A DNA stretch of 64,000 nucleotides from Bdellovibrionales bacterium (GTDB taxonomy: Bacteria > Bdellovibrionota > Bdellovibrionia > Bdellovibrionales > UBA1609): positions 704,362 to 768,361 of the forward strand of contig OZ241329.1 of assembly GCA_965199825.1 (NCBI GenBank), given 5' to 3'. The position numbers and the translations under genes are program-made. The notes beneath the pieces were generated by a model. The model did not search any database and was not told the DNA's origin. It worked only from the letters and a program-made list of their open reading frames with translations. Shown here piece by piece: positions 18,570 through 28,177 of the stretch (positions are counted from its first letter, which is position 1; the number at the start of each line of letters is the position of its first letter).

Positions 18570-18744
18570 TCAATACCTTCGTTCGCATTAGGATCTGAGG
18601 TGTTGCCATTCAATTACTAAAGCGTGATCACATATTTTTATGCGATATTGTGTCGCCTTTTATTTATACGTGCAGTTGGATTGCGGAATAGCTTTATATT
18701 TCCTACCATCGTTCACTCTTATAAACCTAGATCCTTTTGAACAC

Positions 18745-18760
18745 GCCCCCTGCCGGGGGC
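18745..18760. terminator. GC hairpin between convergent genes (possible bidirectional terminator)
   Basis: gccccc-tgcc-gggggc, a 6-bp G/C stem with a 4-nt loop. It lies 10 nt from the stop of the minus-strand 966-aa ORF. There is no clean U-tract on either side. Confidence 0.35.
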
Positions 18761-18769
18761 CGAACTTGA

Positions 18770-21637
18770 TTATTTAAATTCAAAGCCCTCATTACTTGCA
18801 TAGGCGTTACATTGATAAAGGATGATAGAAGTTCCAACTGCCTTTGATGCGTAAGCAACATTGAAGCAGCTGCCTGATTTTTTATTTACTATCATCGATG
18901 AATTATCAATGGACTTCTGCACACTCCACAATTGGCTCGCATCCCCGCTACACGTTTTACTTAACAACGAACCATCTTTGTCTCCAAGACAAAGGCCCGA
19001 CTGCATAATTGTAAAACTACCGTCAGCATTGATATTGCGAGAAAAAATTTGATTGGCAGCATTCGAGTCGCAGTTGGTCTGATCGATACTTCCCCCTTTT
19101 TGCTCAAGACAGAGGTTGTTGAAATTCGAAACGATACTTGAATTTATAAAGCCAGTATTTGAACTCGGAATTGAACTTGGAGTCGCACTCGGCGTAGCAG
19201 AAGGTGCTGGCGTTGGAGTTGAACTGGGCACTGGATCTGGCGTTCTTGACTGTGAGAGACTCACAAATTGAAAGCGTTCGTTTGGTGCATATCCACTGCA
19301 CGAATAGAGAATGATTGGTGCTCCCGCGCTCGTTGAGCCGTAAGCCACATTGAGGCAGTTGTTAGAAGACACGCTTTGGATCATCGTCGAGCCATCAAGA
19401 GAAGCCGTTGTTTTAAAACTCTGGTTCGCAGCGCCACTACAGGAAATCTGTTGGAGCGAACCGCCAACATCCGTCAGACAGATACCCGATTGGCCAAGAG
19501 TATAGTTACCAGATGAATCGGTAGTGAGCACAAATTCTTGTGCTGCAACATCTGATGAGCATGTGGCCTGATCAAGACTGCCATTTTTTATTTCTAAACA
19601 TAAATTATCCGATACAACTTTAATCGTAACCTTTGAGGAGCTGTTGGATCCTGTAGTTGGTGCAGAGGAAGCACTCGCACTCGGAGTTGGTGAAGGCGAT
19701 GCACTTACGCTGGGTGCAGGCGATGGCGTCACCACTGGTGAAGGTGAAGCCGGCAGTGTTGTAGCAAAACTAAAGTTTTGCCAAACAGGAACAGCGTTCA
19801 ATCCGCCTAATGCAATTTTACCGCTGCTAAAGCTCAATGTATCAGTCACGCTCAAAATCAGATTCATCGGATTGCTTGGCCCATCTTGAGCACCAAGAGC
19901 CACATTGTTAAAATATTTCACTTGCCCATCGGCAGTGAGAGTAACCTGCCAAGTTTGCAACGGAGTCCCCGGCCCGATATTTAATCCTGGAGCTGTCGCA
20001 CCGATCTGTGTGATCACACCATTGATTGATTTCTCAAACTTAATTATCTCACCTTCCATCGCCTGACCCGCGCTCAGCCGATACCAGTTTTGTTGATCTT
20101 GATATAAGAAATAAATAAAGAATGGACCATAGCTTCCAGCAGCACTGACCTTCACATCGATGGTCAAATTGGTGCCGTGAGTGGAGTCATTGTTCACACT
20201 TATATTTTTCGCAAGACCTGGTCGAATCCAATTTAGGTTGTCGAACTGATAATAATAGTACAGAGGGGAAATGTCGCTTGCTTGTGACAAATTCGCTTCA
20301 GTCCAACCTCCGCTATAAACAGTTTTAGTAGTATATGTCGAGCTGCCCTTATCATTAACAGCCTTAACTCGGTATCCCACATTTGCTGTCGTCGTAAGAC
20401 CTGTATCTGAGTGGCTGGTAACGTTAGCACCAACAGTTGCAATTTGTGTAAAGACACCATTTATTTTTCGTTCAATAACAAAATTGGTTTCGTTGTATGA
20501 ATTATCGGTCCATTGAAGGTCGATTTGATTTCCACTGACAATAGTTGCACGAATGTTCGAGGGCTGACCCGGTTTACTCTTCGCGCCCACTGCCGGATAA
20601 CCAGACTGTAAAACCAAAGTGTTGAGTGCTTCTTGAAGAGGAAATCTCTGAATTTCGGTAAGATATTTTTGATCTTTAAGACCGGTTGGATCAGGTGATG
20701 CAACCCAATTGTTCGTTCCATCCGCATTGACATGATTGCGACCGACATTCACAAAATTAAAAAGGCTTTGGCTTTCAACTTCACGAGCCGCGTAATAAAG
20801 ACCGATCTGTCCCCATGAGGGATAATTATAGGAGTGCTCGATATCGACATACACTCGTCGGACAGGGTTAGTTACGGGAGTAGTGTAAAGGTCATAGGCT
20901 GTATGAATTGCTCCACCAAGACCGAATCCAACATAAACTGCGCCTGCAGGCCAATTGTTGATGGCGTACTCTGCTGCTTTGGGCTCAACAGTAAAATTAA
21001 ATTCACCGCCATTGGGATAATCCCCTCCAGTACAAACCAAATATTTTACTTTTTTGGCAACTAAGTCAGGCCCACTTAAAGGACTATTCGCATCTGGCCC
21101 TGATTTTAAAAGAGCTTCTAAATTATTAAGATAACCACTCGTCACAATCACAACGCTGTTATCAGGCTGCGCTGCTAGGGTTTGCCGATACAAGTCAACG
21201 GCAAGTGGAGGATCCATAGGACTTGCATAAAGAGGATGAGGATATTCGTTGGCAATTTGAGCAGGATACCCGCCTACTCCTCCAACATCAGGCCTACGAC
21301 CAACGGGAACATTAGGTCTTCCATACCAGGTGTTGATTGAATTCATAAAAAGAGCAGTGGCGCCATTTTGCGAAGACGACATCGTAGCAAGAATTTCGAA
21401 CTCTCCAAGATCGGCTAGAGAATTTAGCGTGGCAATGTCGCCCACGTCATCCCAGTCACTTGAGGCATCCGAATCGAGAATGACCTTTGTCGGGATCTTT
21501 GTAGAAGAGACACTTGCCGTTCTTATCGAAACGTTTTTATTTTTGTTTGTGGTCAGTGGTTCAGAGGCATTGCTATGATCAAAAACCATCAGACCTTGGA
21601 CTGAGATCAAACAAAATAAAATCCGTTTATACTTCAT
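18770..21637 (-). CDS. exported multidomain protein: nucleoside-hydrolase-like N-domain, FN3, uncharacterised beta-rich domain, two ricin-B (CBM13-like) lectin domains
   Basis: ATG at 21637 with AAGGGG upstream gives MKYKRILFCLISVQGLMVF. VILDSDASSDWDDVGD resembles the IUNH DxDxxxDD motif. IDLQWTDNSYNETNFVIERK...YRVKAVN is FN3-like. Two beta-trefoil units with Cys pairs and Q-x-F/W endings (NQSFKT, NERFQF, SQLWSV, NEGFEF) are separated by Pro/Ser/Thr linkers. Confidence 0.7.
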   Translation of the reverse strand: MKYKRILFCLISVQGLMVFDHSNASEPLTTNKNKNVSIRTASVSSTKIPTKVILDSDASSDWDDVGDIATLNSLADLGEFEILATMSSSQNGATALFMNSINTWYGRPNVPVGRRPDVGGVGGYPAQIANEYPHPLYASPMDPPLAVDLYRQTLAAQPDNSVVIVTSGYLNNLEALLKSGPDANSPLSGPDLVAKKVKYLVCTGGDYPNGGEFNFTVEPKAAEYAINNWPAGAVYVGFGLGGAIHTAYDLYTTPVTNPVRRVYVDIEHSYNYPSWGQIGLYYAAREVESQSLFNFVNVGRNHVNADGTNNWVASPDPTGLKDQKYLTEIQRFPLQEALNTLVLQSGYPAVGAKSKPGQPSNIRATIVSGNQIDLQWTDNSYNETNFVIERKINGVFTQIATVGANVTSHSDTGLTTTANVGYRVKAVNDKGSSTYTTKTVYSGGWTEANLSQASDISPLYYYYQFDNLNWIRPGLAKNISVNNDSTHGTNLTIDVKVSAAGSYGPFFIYFLYQDQQNWYRLSAGQAMEGEIIKFEKSINGVITQIGATAPGLNIGPGTPLQTWQVTLTADGQVKYFNNVALGAQDGPSNPMNLILSVTDTLSFSSGKIALGGLNAVPVWQNFSFATTLPASPSPVVTPSPAPSVSASPSPTPSASASSAPTTGSNSSSKVTIKVVSDNLCLEIKNGSLDQATCSSDVAAQEFVLTTDSSGNYTLGQSGICLTDVGGSLQQISCSGAANQSFKTTASLDGSTMIQSVSSNNCLNVAYGSTSAGAPIILYSCSGYAPNERFQFVSLSQSRTPDPVPSSTPTPAPSATPSATPSSIPSSNTGFINSSIVSNFNNLCLEQKGGSIDQTNCDSNAANQIFSRNINADGSFTIMQSGLCLGDKDGSLLSKTCSGDASQLWSVQKSIDNSSMIVNKKSGSCFNVAYASKAVGTSIILYQCNAYASNEGFEFK

Positions 21638-21768
21638 AAATGTACCCCTTTTTTTGAGGCTTAAGTTCAACAGTCTATATTTCTTGCGTCAATATCTAAG
21701 CCGCTAGTTGGGGGTTGAAGTCTAGTAATCTAAAAGATGGGGTCTCAATGAGACTTCCGCAGCAAAAT

Positions 21769-23001
21769 TTAGTTTGCTGAATTGCCAACTGTTACAAAAC
21801 TTCCCGCATTGTTTGCAATGGGCGTGGTCACATTTAAAAATGTGTTGCTTTGTACATTCCAAATTCCGCTGCTTAATTGCGAAGAAAACTGTGCTCCAGT
21901 TTGAAGTCCTGTAAAAGAGTTCCCCATAATTGTGGCTGCAGTACTTGTACTGCTGATCACATCAATGCCCACACCTGAATTGGGATTCATTTGTCTAAAC
22001 TCATTACTGCTAATTGAAATTGCTCCGTATGCCTCGTTGCCTACACTGCCGATTGAGATTCCTGTATGTGATGTGGGCACGAAAAATAAATTGTTGTTGA
22101 TAAAAATATCAGTCATGTTGTTGACCACGATTTGAGTGAGGTCTGTATTAAATTGGCTCCCAGAAACGGTGAGTTGATCCAGAGCGTAGCCGGCATTGGC
22201 TAGAATTCCAGTTTGACCGGCATTAAAATTTGTTTGTGAAATCGTGATACCTTGTGATCCGTTGCCGAGCACAACACCCGCCTTACAACTGCCAAAATAA
22301 GAACCAGAAATATTTAAGATAACAACAAGCATATTGGTAGTTCCGGCCATCCAAGAAAGACCATAGGTCTTATCACCAACTGAGTCTCCAAACACATCGG
22401 TGTTTTGAACGTTCAGTAAGTTGACGTCGGTTGCATTGATTCCGAACCGCCAATAATTCGTCATATTGATTCCGTCATCACCACGGATTGCCATATCACT
22501 AATGACAGAGGTTGCATCTGCGCCAGCTGTAAAGTTACCTGTGGCATCACTTAAAAGTAGAGCCGATCCACCACCAGCCACTCCCGTTGTTAATGACATT
22601 CCTGAGATCGTAAAAGTCGATTGAAAGCCGCGCGCGAGGTTCAAACCATCCGAATTTTTATCCCAATAAAGAGTTGTGACACCTTTGCCAGCGCCGCTAA
22701 TTTTTATATTTTGATGGGCTTTAAGATTTACGACAGCAACATTTGAAAAGCGGAATTTGCCTGGGCCAATCGAAATACAATTGTTTGTCGAGTTGACAGC
22801 ATTTGTAGCTTTACTCCAGGCCACATCGTTTAATGCCAGCCCGTCGCCAACGCCACCAAAATTTTCTAGAGCAAAACATTGTGAAAAGGATTGGGCGGCA
22901 TCAGTGCCTCGTGTACTCATATAACTTGAACAGTTTTGAAATGCCAAAACGCAAAAAGCAAGTGCCGCGAAAACTGGAATAATTGTGCGATACAGATTCA
23001 A
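21769..23001 (-). CDS. lipoprotein, right-handed parallel beta-helix (pectate-lyase-fold) protein
   Basis: MNLYRTIIPVFAALAFCVLAFQNCSS. NFGGVGDGLALNDVAWSKA resembles the N-terminal motif of pectate-lyase-3/tailspike-like proteins. Long run of G/N/S/T-rich ~22-aa pseudo-repeats. Confidence 0.65.
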   Translation of the reverse strand: MNLYRTIIPVFAALAFCVLAFQNCSSYMSTRGTDAAQSFSQCFALENFGGVGDGLALNDVAWSKATNAVNSTNNCISIGPGKFRFSNVAVVNLKAHQNIKISGAGKGVTTLYWDKNSDGLNLARGFQSTFTISGMSLTTGVAGGGSALLLSDATGNFTAGADATSVISDMAIRGDDGINMTNYWRFGINATDVNLLNVQNTDVFGDSVGDKTYGLSWMAGTTNMLVVILNISGSYFGSCKAGVVLGNGSQGITISQTNFNAGQTGILANAGYALDQLTVSGSQFNTDLTQIVVNNMTDIFINNNLFFVPTSHTGISIGSVGNEAYGAISISSNEFRQMNPNSGVGIDVISSTSTAATIMGNSFTGLQTGAQFSSQLSSGIWNVQSNTFLNVTTPIANNAGSFVTVGNSAN

Positions 23002-23174
23002 TGTTCTCCTCCTTTGCGAAGAAATATTGAATTCAGCTTGTCGAATAATTTTTACTGAGTCTACATTGAAAGTTTTTGTATTTCGGATGTACCGTGCCGT
23101 TTAGCATTTTTTAAATAAATTTTTATTGTTTATTAAAAAACCTGACGTTAATTACGAATAAAAGGAGTGCAGTT

Positions 23175-23360
23175 GTGGAATACGATGAAAGTATTGATAA
23201 TGCAGTTATTGGCTACGGAGAAGTCGTATCCGAGTTAAAATTATTAGCTACAAAAAGAGACCGTGAATCGGTTGAGCGATATGGTGAGTTGATCGAACAA
23301 TTGATGGTTATCGATATGGCATTAAAGCCTGTTAAATATGTGATGAGAAAGGAGAAGTGA
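23175..23360 (+). CDS. small hypothetical protein (61 aa)
   Basis: AAGGAG lies 7 nt upstream of a GTG start. Charged, helical-looking sequence with no signal peptide and no family recognised. Confidence 0.35.
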   Translation: MEYDESIDNAVIGYGEVVSELKLLATKRDRESVERYGELIEQLMVIDMALKPVKYVMRKEK

Positions 23361-23379
23361 GCAATCAAGGGTGAGCTGA

Positions 23380-23871
23380 TTACAACGATAAGTCTTCGAT
23401 TTCCACAAGTTGGTAGCAATCTTTTTTTACGATGATAAAGCGGAGATCGACGCTATCAGATTCTTTCTTGATGATCCAATATCTCCATCTGTTTTCGCCA
23501 ATTTTTGTGAGGGTGACGTTATAGTCATCTTTTATTGAAGCGTCTCGCATGTCTTCAATAATTGGCAAAACGATCCTGTCTTTAGAAACCAATTCATTAA
23601 TAGTTTTGTTGTCTTCACCTGCTGGCTCGAGATGCGATCGTTTTAATGGAAATTGAGTGTATCTTAATTGAGCTTCTTGGTTTGTTAGGAATTCTTCTAA
23701 AAATTGATCAACGCTAGAAAAAGGGCATGAAGATTTTTTCGTAAAAGTGGAAGTGGCTGGTATTACATTTTCTTTTTTCAAGTGTGATTGAGAGCACGAA
23801 ATAACAATTAAACCTAGAAGCGTCGCCCGTATAAATTTAATGTTTTCTCCAAAAGCAAAAACCGGAGTCAT
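23380..23871 (-). CDS. hypothetical lipoprotein
   Basis: 163 aa. LLGLIVISCSQ is a lipobox-like signal. Confidence 0.5.
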   Translation of the reverse strand: MTPVFAFGENIKFIRATLLGLIVISCSQSHLKKENVIPATSTFTKKSSCPFSSVDQFLEEFLTNQEAQLRYTQFPLKRSHLEPAGEDNKTINELVSKDRIVLPIIEDMRDASIKDDYNVTLTKIGENRWRYWIIKKESDSVDLRFIIVKKDCYQLVEIEDLSL

Positions 23872-23952
23872 TCTGTGGTTTCTAGGGACGCCGGTGCAGT
23901 GAATTTTTAAAGGCCGAGCTCCACCAATGATGGAGCCGCGGCAGATTAAAAA

Positions 23953-24048
23953 CTATTTTCCTTTTTCTTTCTTCTTGTCCTGCTTCTCTTTAGTGGTGAG
24001 TTTTTTCTTACCCTTGCCTTCTTTAGATTGCTTGTCGCCTTTGCCCAT
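23953..24048 (-). CDS. 31-aa lysine-rich small protein (candidate)
   Basis: Not in the ORF track (below 60 aa). Hand translation gives MGKGDKQSKEGKGKKKLTTKEKQDKKKEKGK-stop, preceded by AAGGAG 6 nt upstream of the ATG. Confidence 0.4.
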   Translation of the reverse strand: MGKGDKQSKEGKGKKKLTTKEKQDKKKEKGK

Positions 24049-24131
24049 TTGAATCTCCTTTTTGCCAAAAATAATACTGCATTGAGGCTAATGCACGACG
24101 CTCGGCAGTTAAATAAATGGAGTTTGCGGGG

Positions 24132-25340
24132 TTATCTGCGGCGACGAGGACCTCTTCTGAGTGGACTTCGAATTTCTTCTGGCTGAGCTCGATCTTTGAG
24201 TTCATTCAGTGCTAAAAAACCAAAGTGTTTTTCCCAGTTGAAAGGAATCACAAGCAAAAGACTCCCCTCAAGGAATCCATCTTCGAGCAGAAGGGTGTTG
24301 GCCATGAAAACGAGTTGCGCCCCAGCTGGCAACTGATCGATAAAGTCTTTTTGAAATCCCAAATTTTGAAGTTGAGAGCTGTACGCCTTGGCTGGCTGAG
24401 AAAAGGGCTTTCCAACCAGAAGTACCTGATCATTTGCAGAGCTTTCTGCTTTGGTCCAAAATCCATTGAGTTGAAAATGATTTTTTTCCTTAGCTGGGGC
24501 TTTGAGCTGAACACTCAATTTGCTGACACCCTTGCGCGCTCTTCTTAAATCCATCAGTTTGTCTAAAGAGAAGTCACTCCCGATATATTGGTCAAAATGA
24601 AATCGCATTTTTCTTTCCGAAAAAATTGATGGCCCATTCTCATCAAAGGTGTCGACCCGCTCGGCAATTACAGTGTGGTGATCTTCTCCCACACCATTAA
24701 ATCCAAACTCCGAGGACACTATGATCGGCCCTCCGTTTCGCTCAAATCCGACATACTGTCCAACCTTAAGGAGTTCGCCGCTCTGAACTTCATTTTCCAT
24801 GTCCGTGACCGAACTGGTTTCATTGGAAATCGACAGAGCCTGGATTTTGTTAGGGACAGGCAGCTTGATTCCCTTTAAAAACTCATAATCGACATAAACT
24901 CTATTCCTCAAAGGCGTAGACTGATCACTGCGATCAGTGAAACGATGTCCGGTCGATGCACTCGGGTCAGCGAGACGCATTCTTTTTTGAAGCGCAAGTA
25001 CCGGCAGCATCTGCGAAGGTTCAACCACGCCAGCGTTTGCGGTTTGCATTGGAGCAGCAGGCAATTGGTCAGCTTGAAAATCCTTTACAGCTTGCTCGAG
25101 CTCTCGACTGTTTTTTGTATTCAAAACTTTTATTCCAGCATCTTGCGATAACAAAATAAAAGACTCACCATCATCATAGCCTTTACTCACCAAATATTCT
25201 CTTATCGCGTTGACGCGCGCATCGATTTGTTCTGACGAATCCGCCTGATGAGGCATAAGGATATCGCGACAAGTCGCAGCTTCACTTGGCGAAAATTTAA
25301 AAAACGCTAAAAGAAAAAGACTAGCAATCAGATGACTCAT
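24132..25340 (-). CDS. exported hypothetical protein
   Basis: 402 aa with signal peptide MSHLIASLFLLAFFKFSPSEA and an Arg-rich C-terminus RRGPRRRR. Confidence 0.6.
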   Translation of the reverse strand: MSHLIASLFLLAFFKFSPSEAATCRDILMPHQADSSEQIDARVNAIREYLVSKGYDDGESFILLSQDAGIKVLNTKNSRELEQAVKDFQADQLPAAPMQTANAGVVEPSQMLPVLALQKRMRLADPSASTGHRFTDRSDQSTPLRNRVYVDYEFLKGIKLPVPNKIQALSISNETSSVTDMENEVQSGELLKVGQYVGFERNGGPIIVSSEFGFNGVGEDHHTVIAERVDTFDENGPSIFSERKMRFHFDQYIGSDFSLDKLMDLRRARKGVSKLSVQLKAPAKEKNHFQLNGFWTKAESSANDQVLLVGKPFSQPAKAYSSQLQNLGFQKDFIDQLPAGAQLVFMANTLLLEDGFLEGSLLLVIPFNWEKHFGFLALNELKDRAQPEEIRSPLRRGPRRRR

Positions 25341-25884
25341 TCGTACCTCTCGTAAATCAAAGACTTTTACCCGATAGTCACCGAAAAATTAACCTTTTAA
25401 ATATGATGGTTTAACAGATGCTCTCAAGCTCAAGATAAATCGTAGATCAGAAGTTGGCTCAATCGTTAAGTGGGTACTTTTTTCTTAACTTACAATTTCA
25501 AACCTTTAAAAAATTCGCTGAGATTTTAAAGACCATAAATATTTTTAATTTATCTTAATAATGGATTTTTCTCTGAAATTCTTCTTACTCAGAAAGAGAA
25601 GTAAACCATTCGTACTTTCCTACAAAAAAGTATATGAAATTTTGAATTTATAGTCTGTGGTTAGGGCAATAAAGGCACACTGGACTTTCCTTAGCGTCAG
25701 ACACCAAATCTAATGGCTTGATTTTTTTATCTCTCCCAGCTCCACCATCTCAAAAATTAAAAAAGATTTTCAGATCTTTTAATAGATCAAACCTAAGGCT
25801 GGGATAAAATATATCCAGTCAACATACCAAGCTAAGGCTGCAGAATTTAAATTTATGTTATTATAACATGTAAGAGGTGGACTA

Positions 25885-26940
25885 ATGCTCAAGTTGTTTA
25901 AATTCAAATTTTATTGTTCGCTTTTGATGTTGCACGTGAATGCACTATCATTTTCTGTACCCAATCAAAAATTTTTTAGTCAGCGGCAAAGCTGTTATGC
26001 AACCTCGGTGGATTTTATTCCCCCAAGCGAAGGGCTCGCCTCACTCAGTTTGCCACTGTCCTTAATGGCAGCAGCACCTCGCTTCGAACTTGATGATAAG
26101 AATGGCCAATGGGTCGACAAATGCTCAGCTAGCGTCATCTCAGATTCTGGCAAAATTTTAACAAATGCCCATTGTGTCGAAGACTGTGTTTTTAAAGCTG
26201 CGCTATATACTCAAACGGATGAAGGCACTGTTGTAAACAAAGAAGGCTTAAAAGATCTGATCTGCACTGCAAAAATTAACAACGTCGAGACAAAATTTAA
26301 GATTCTTGCGATGAGTGACTGTCGAGACAAAGTGGACGCAGCAAGGCTAAAGTACTATCCCAATAAAATTTGTAATGGTCTCGATTACGCAGTTTTACAA
26401 CCACTTATAAATACGATTGCGCTGCATTGCATGAAACACAATTATGAAAAACTCAGTGCTGATAAAAAAATTGCGACGATCGGATTTCCTAAAGAAACGT
26501 ATCGCCACGTTTTTGTGAAAACGGCACGGGATAGTGACGGCCTCTCACAACAAATGAGTTTTGGAAAAACATTGGACTTTCAACCTTATTGTTATTTGAG
26601 AAATGACAGCTTAGGTTTTTTTGATTCAGGAAAAAGACCCTTTGCTGAAAAACTTGCCGTCTTTAATAAAAAAATGGTCAATACAGGAAACGTTATGCAG
26701 TCATCTTTAGACCAGATCAATGGGTCAAGCGGGGGACCTATTTTTAATGATCATGGTGAGATTGTTGGTATAGTTGCCTATGGCTTGCCAGGCCTAAATG
26801 TAAATTCGGACATAAGACAATGCGATGGCTCAACTTTTTTTATCCCTCTCAGCGCCATCATCTCAGATGTTAAAAAAAGATTTCCAGATCTTTCATTAGA
26901 TCAAGCTTTTGACTGTGCTCAAAACGCTGCAGTTCAATAA
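25885..26940 (+). CDS. exported trypsin-like serine peptidase (S1 family)
   Basis: Signal peptide present. The catalytic triad context is in the right order: ILTNAHCV (His), LDYAVLQ (Asp), INGSSGGPIF (Ser). Confidence 0.75.
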   Translation: MLKLFKFKFYCSLLMLHVNALSFSVPNQKFFSQRQSCYATSVDFIPPSEGLASLSLPLSLMAAAPRFELDDKNGQWVDKCSASVISDSGKILTNAHCVEDCVFKAALYTQTDEGTVVNKEGLKDLICTAKINNVETKFKILAMSDCRDKVDAARLKYYPNKICNGLDYAVLQPLINTIALHCMKHNYEKLSADKKIATIGFPKETYRHVFVKTARDSDGLSQQMSFGKTLDFQPYCYLRNDSLGFFDSGKRPFAEKLAVFNKKMVNTGNVMQSSLDQINGSSGGPIFNDHGEIVGIVAYGLPGLNVNSDIRQCDGSTFFIPLSAIISDVKKRFPDLSLDQAFDCAQNAAVQ

Positions 26941-27010
26941 GTGTACTGAATTGAGATCAATAGGTTTTTAAAATCGGCTATTATTAAAATCTCAGTTACA
27001 ATTTTTAGAG

Positions 27011-28177
27011 ATGGCCAAGGTTATTTTTTGTTTTTCATTTTTATTTTATCTTACCCAAGCATGTGCTGAGGATTCCAATCGCATTCAAATGTGCGAAAAC
27101 TACAGCGAAATTAAATCTAATGTAGTTAAAGCATTAGATTCCAATCTAGTCGCTCAAGATTGTCGCGATATGGTGATTGAAACAATAGATAATTGTAAAG
27201 AGGCGATGTCGAAAGGACAAGGCGAGTTTGCACCGTCAAAGTTTGAATTCGGGTCAACCCTTGATTCTGTCCGTAGTCAACGCGATGCTTATACTGCCGC
27301 TCAAAACGTATTGATATTAGCTCAAAAAAGATGTGATGAATTAAAAAATAATATCATTCAAACATGTCAGCAATCCCAACGGAGTTTGGACGCTGCGATT
27401 CAAAACAACATCAATGATCGGTCCACAAAACTTAATGAGTTTTATTTAACCCCTATGACCGAAGAAAATGTTGCTGCAAAAACAGAAATACAATCCACTT
27501 TTTCATTGGTGAATGCCCAACTTTATAATCAAAAGAAAACCACCACTGATGCTCGGAATAATGGCTTAGCCGCAATAGATAAACTGGAGAGATGTGCCCT
27601 ATCTCAGGGTGAACTTTATGCTTCTGCAGCTGTAAATGCTAACACCAATGTTTACTCAATAGAAACAAACCCAACCGGTAACCCCCAAACTATTGATACC
27701 CCCCCACAACCTCCCGGCGAGGATGCGGCCTTAAAAACAATTGCTAATAAAGCAGCAGAGCAAGCTTTAATAAATGGTGCGGATGCTCAAGCCGAGCAAT
27801 TTGAAGATCAACGCCATCGTGTTCCTGCCAATTCAACAGATGAAGCATCACTTGAATCAGCGGAACAAAGATTGAGACTGGGCGGAAAGCTCATCGGACC
27901 AACGGGCGTATCTAAATCTCTTTTTGAAGCAGATCCAGTAGGCGCAGGGATTGGCACCGCTCAGACACTCGCTGAATGGTTAGCACCAAAATTTGCAACT
28001 ACCATCACTGGCTTTGGATGGGCCGCAAGTATTTTATTTAGTTCAAAATCAACATCAAGATGCGACACCATTATTACAGACCCAGTTGAAGCAAATTTTA
28101 AAAGCTGCCCACTAAGCTCCATACAAGGAATCCGACAAAATAATAATGCGATGAATTTAACGGATCCTTCACTATGA
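27011..28177 (+). CDS. exported hypothetical protein (helical N-part, Gly/Ala-rich hydrophobic C-part)
   Basis: 388 aa with signal peptide MAKVIFCFSFLFYLTQACA. The stop overlaps the next start (ATGA). Confidence 0.55.
   Translation: MAKVIFCFSFLFYLTQACAEDSNRIQMCENYSEIKSNVVKALDSNLVAQDCRDMVIETIDNCKEAMSKGQGEFAPSKFEFGSTLDSVRSQRDAYTAAQNVLILAQKRCDELKNNIIQTCQQSQRSLDAAIQNNINDRSTKLNEFYLTPMTEENVAAKTEIQSTFSLVNAQLYNQKKTTTDARNNGLAAIDKLERCALSQGELYASAAVNANTNVYSIETNPTGNPQTIDTPPQPPGEDAALKTIANKAAEQALINGADAQAEQFEDQRHRVPANSTDEASLESAEQRLRLGGKLIGPTGVSKSLFEADPVGAGIGTAQTLAEWLAPKFATTITGFGWAASILFSSKSTSRCDTIITDPVEANFKSCPLSSIQGIRQNNNAMNLTDPSL

Noticed and set aside
25735-25747. cccagctccacca in the long AT-rich spacer 25341-25884, identical to the universal 3' acceptor end of tmRNA (CAGCUCCACCA). 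This could be a relic att site of an ssrA-targeting island.
   Set aside because: Only the last 11-13 nt match. No T-arm (GGTTCGA), integrase or ssrA gene lies in the window. The match could be chance (expectation of order 0.03 per window), so I did not call it an island boundary.
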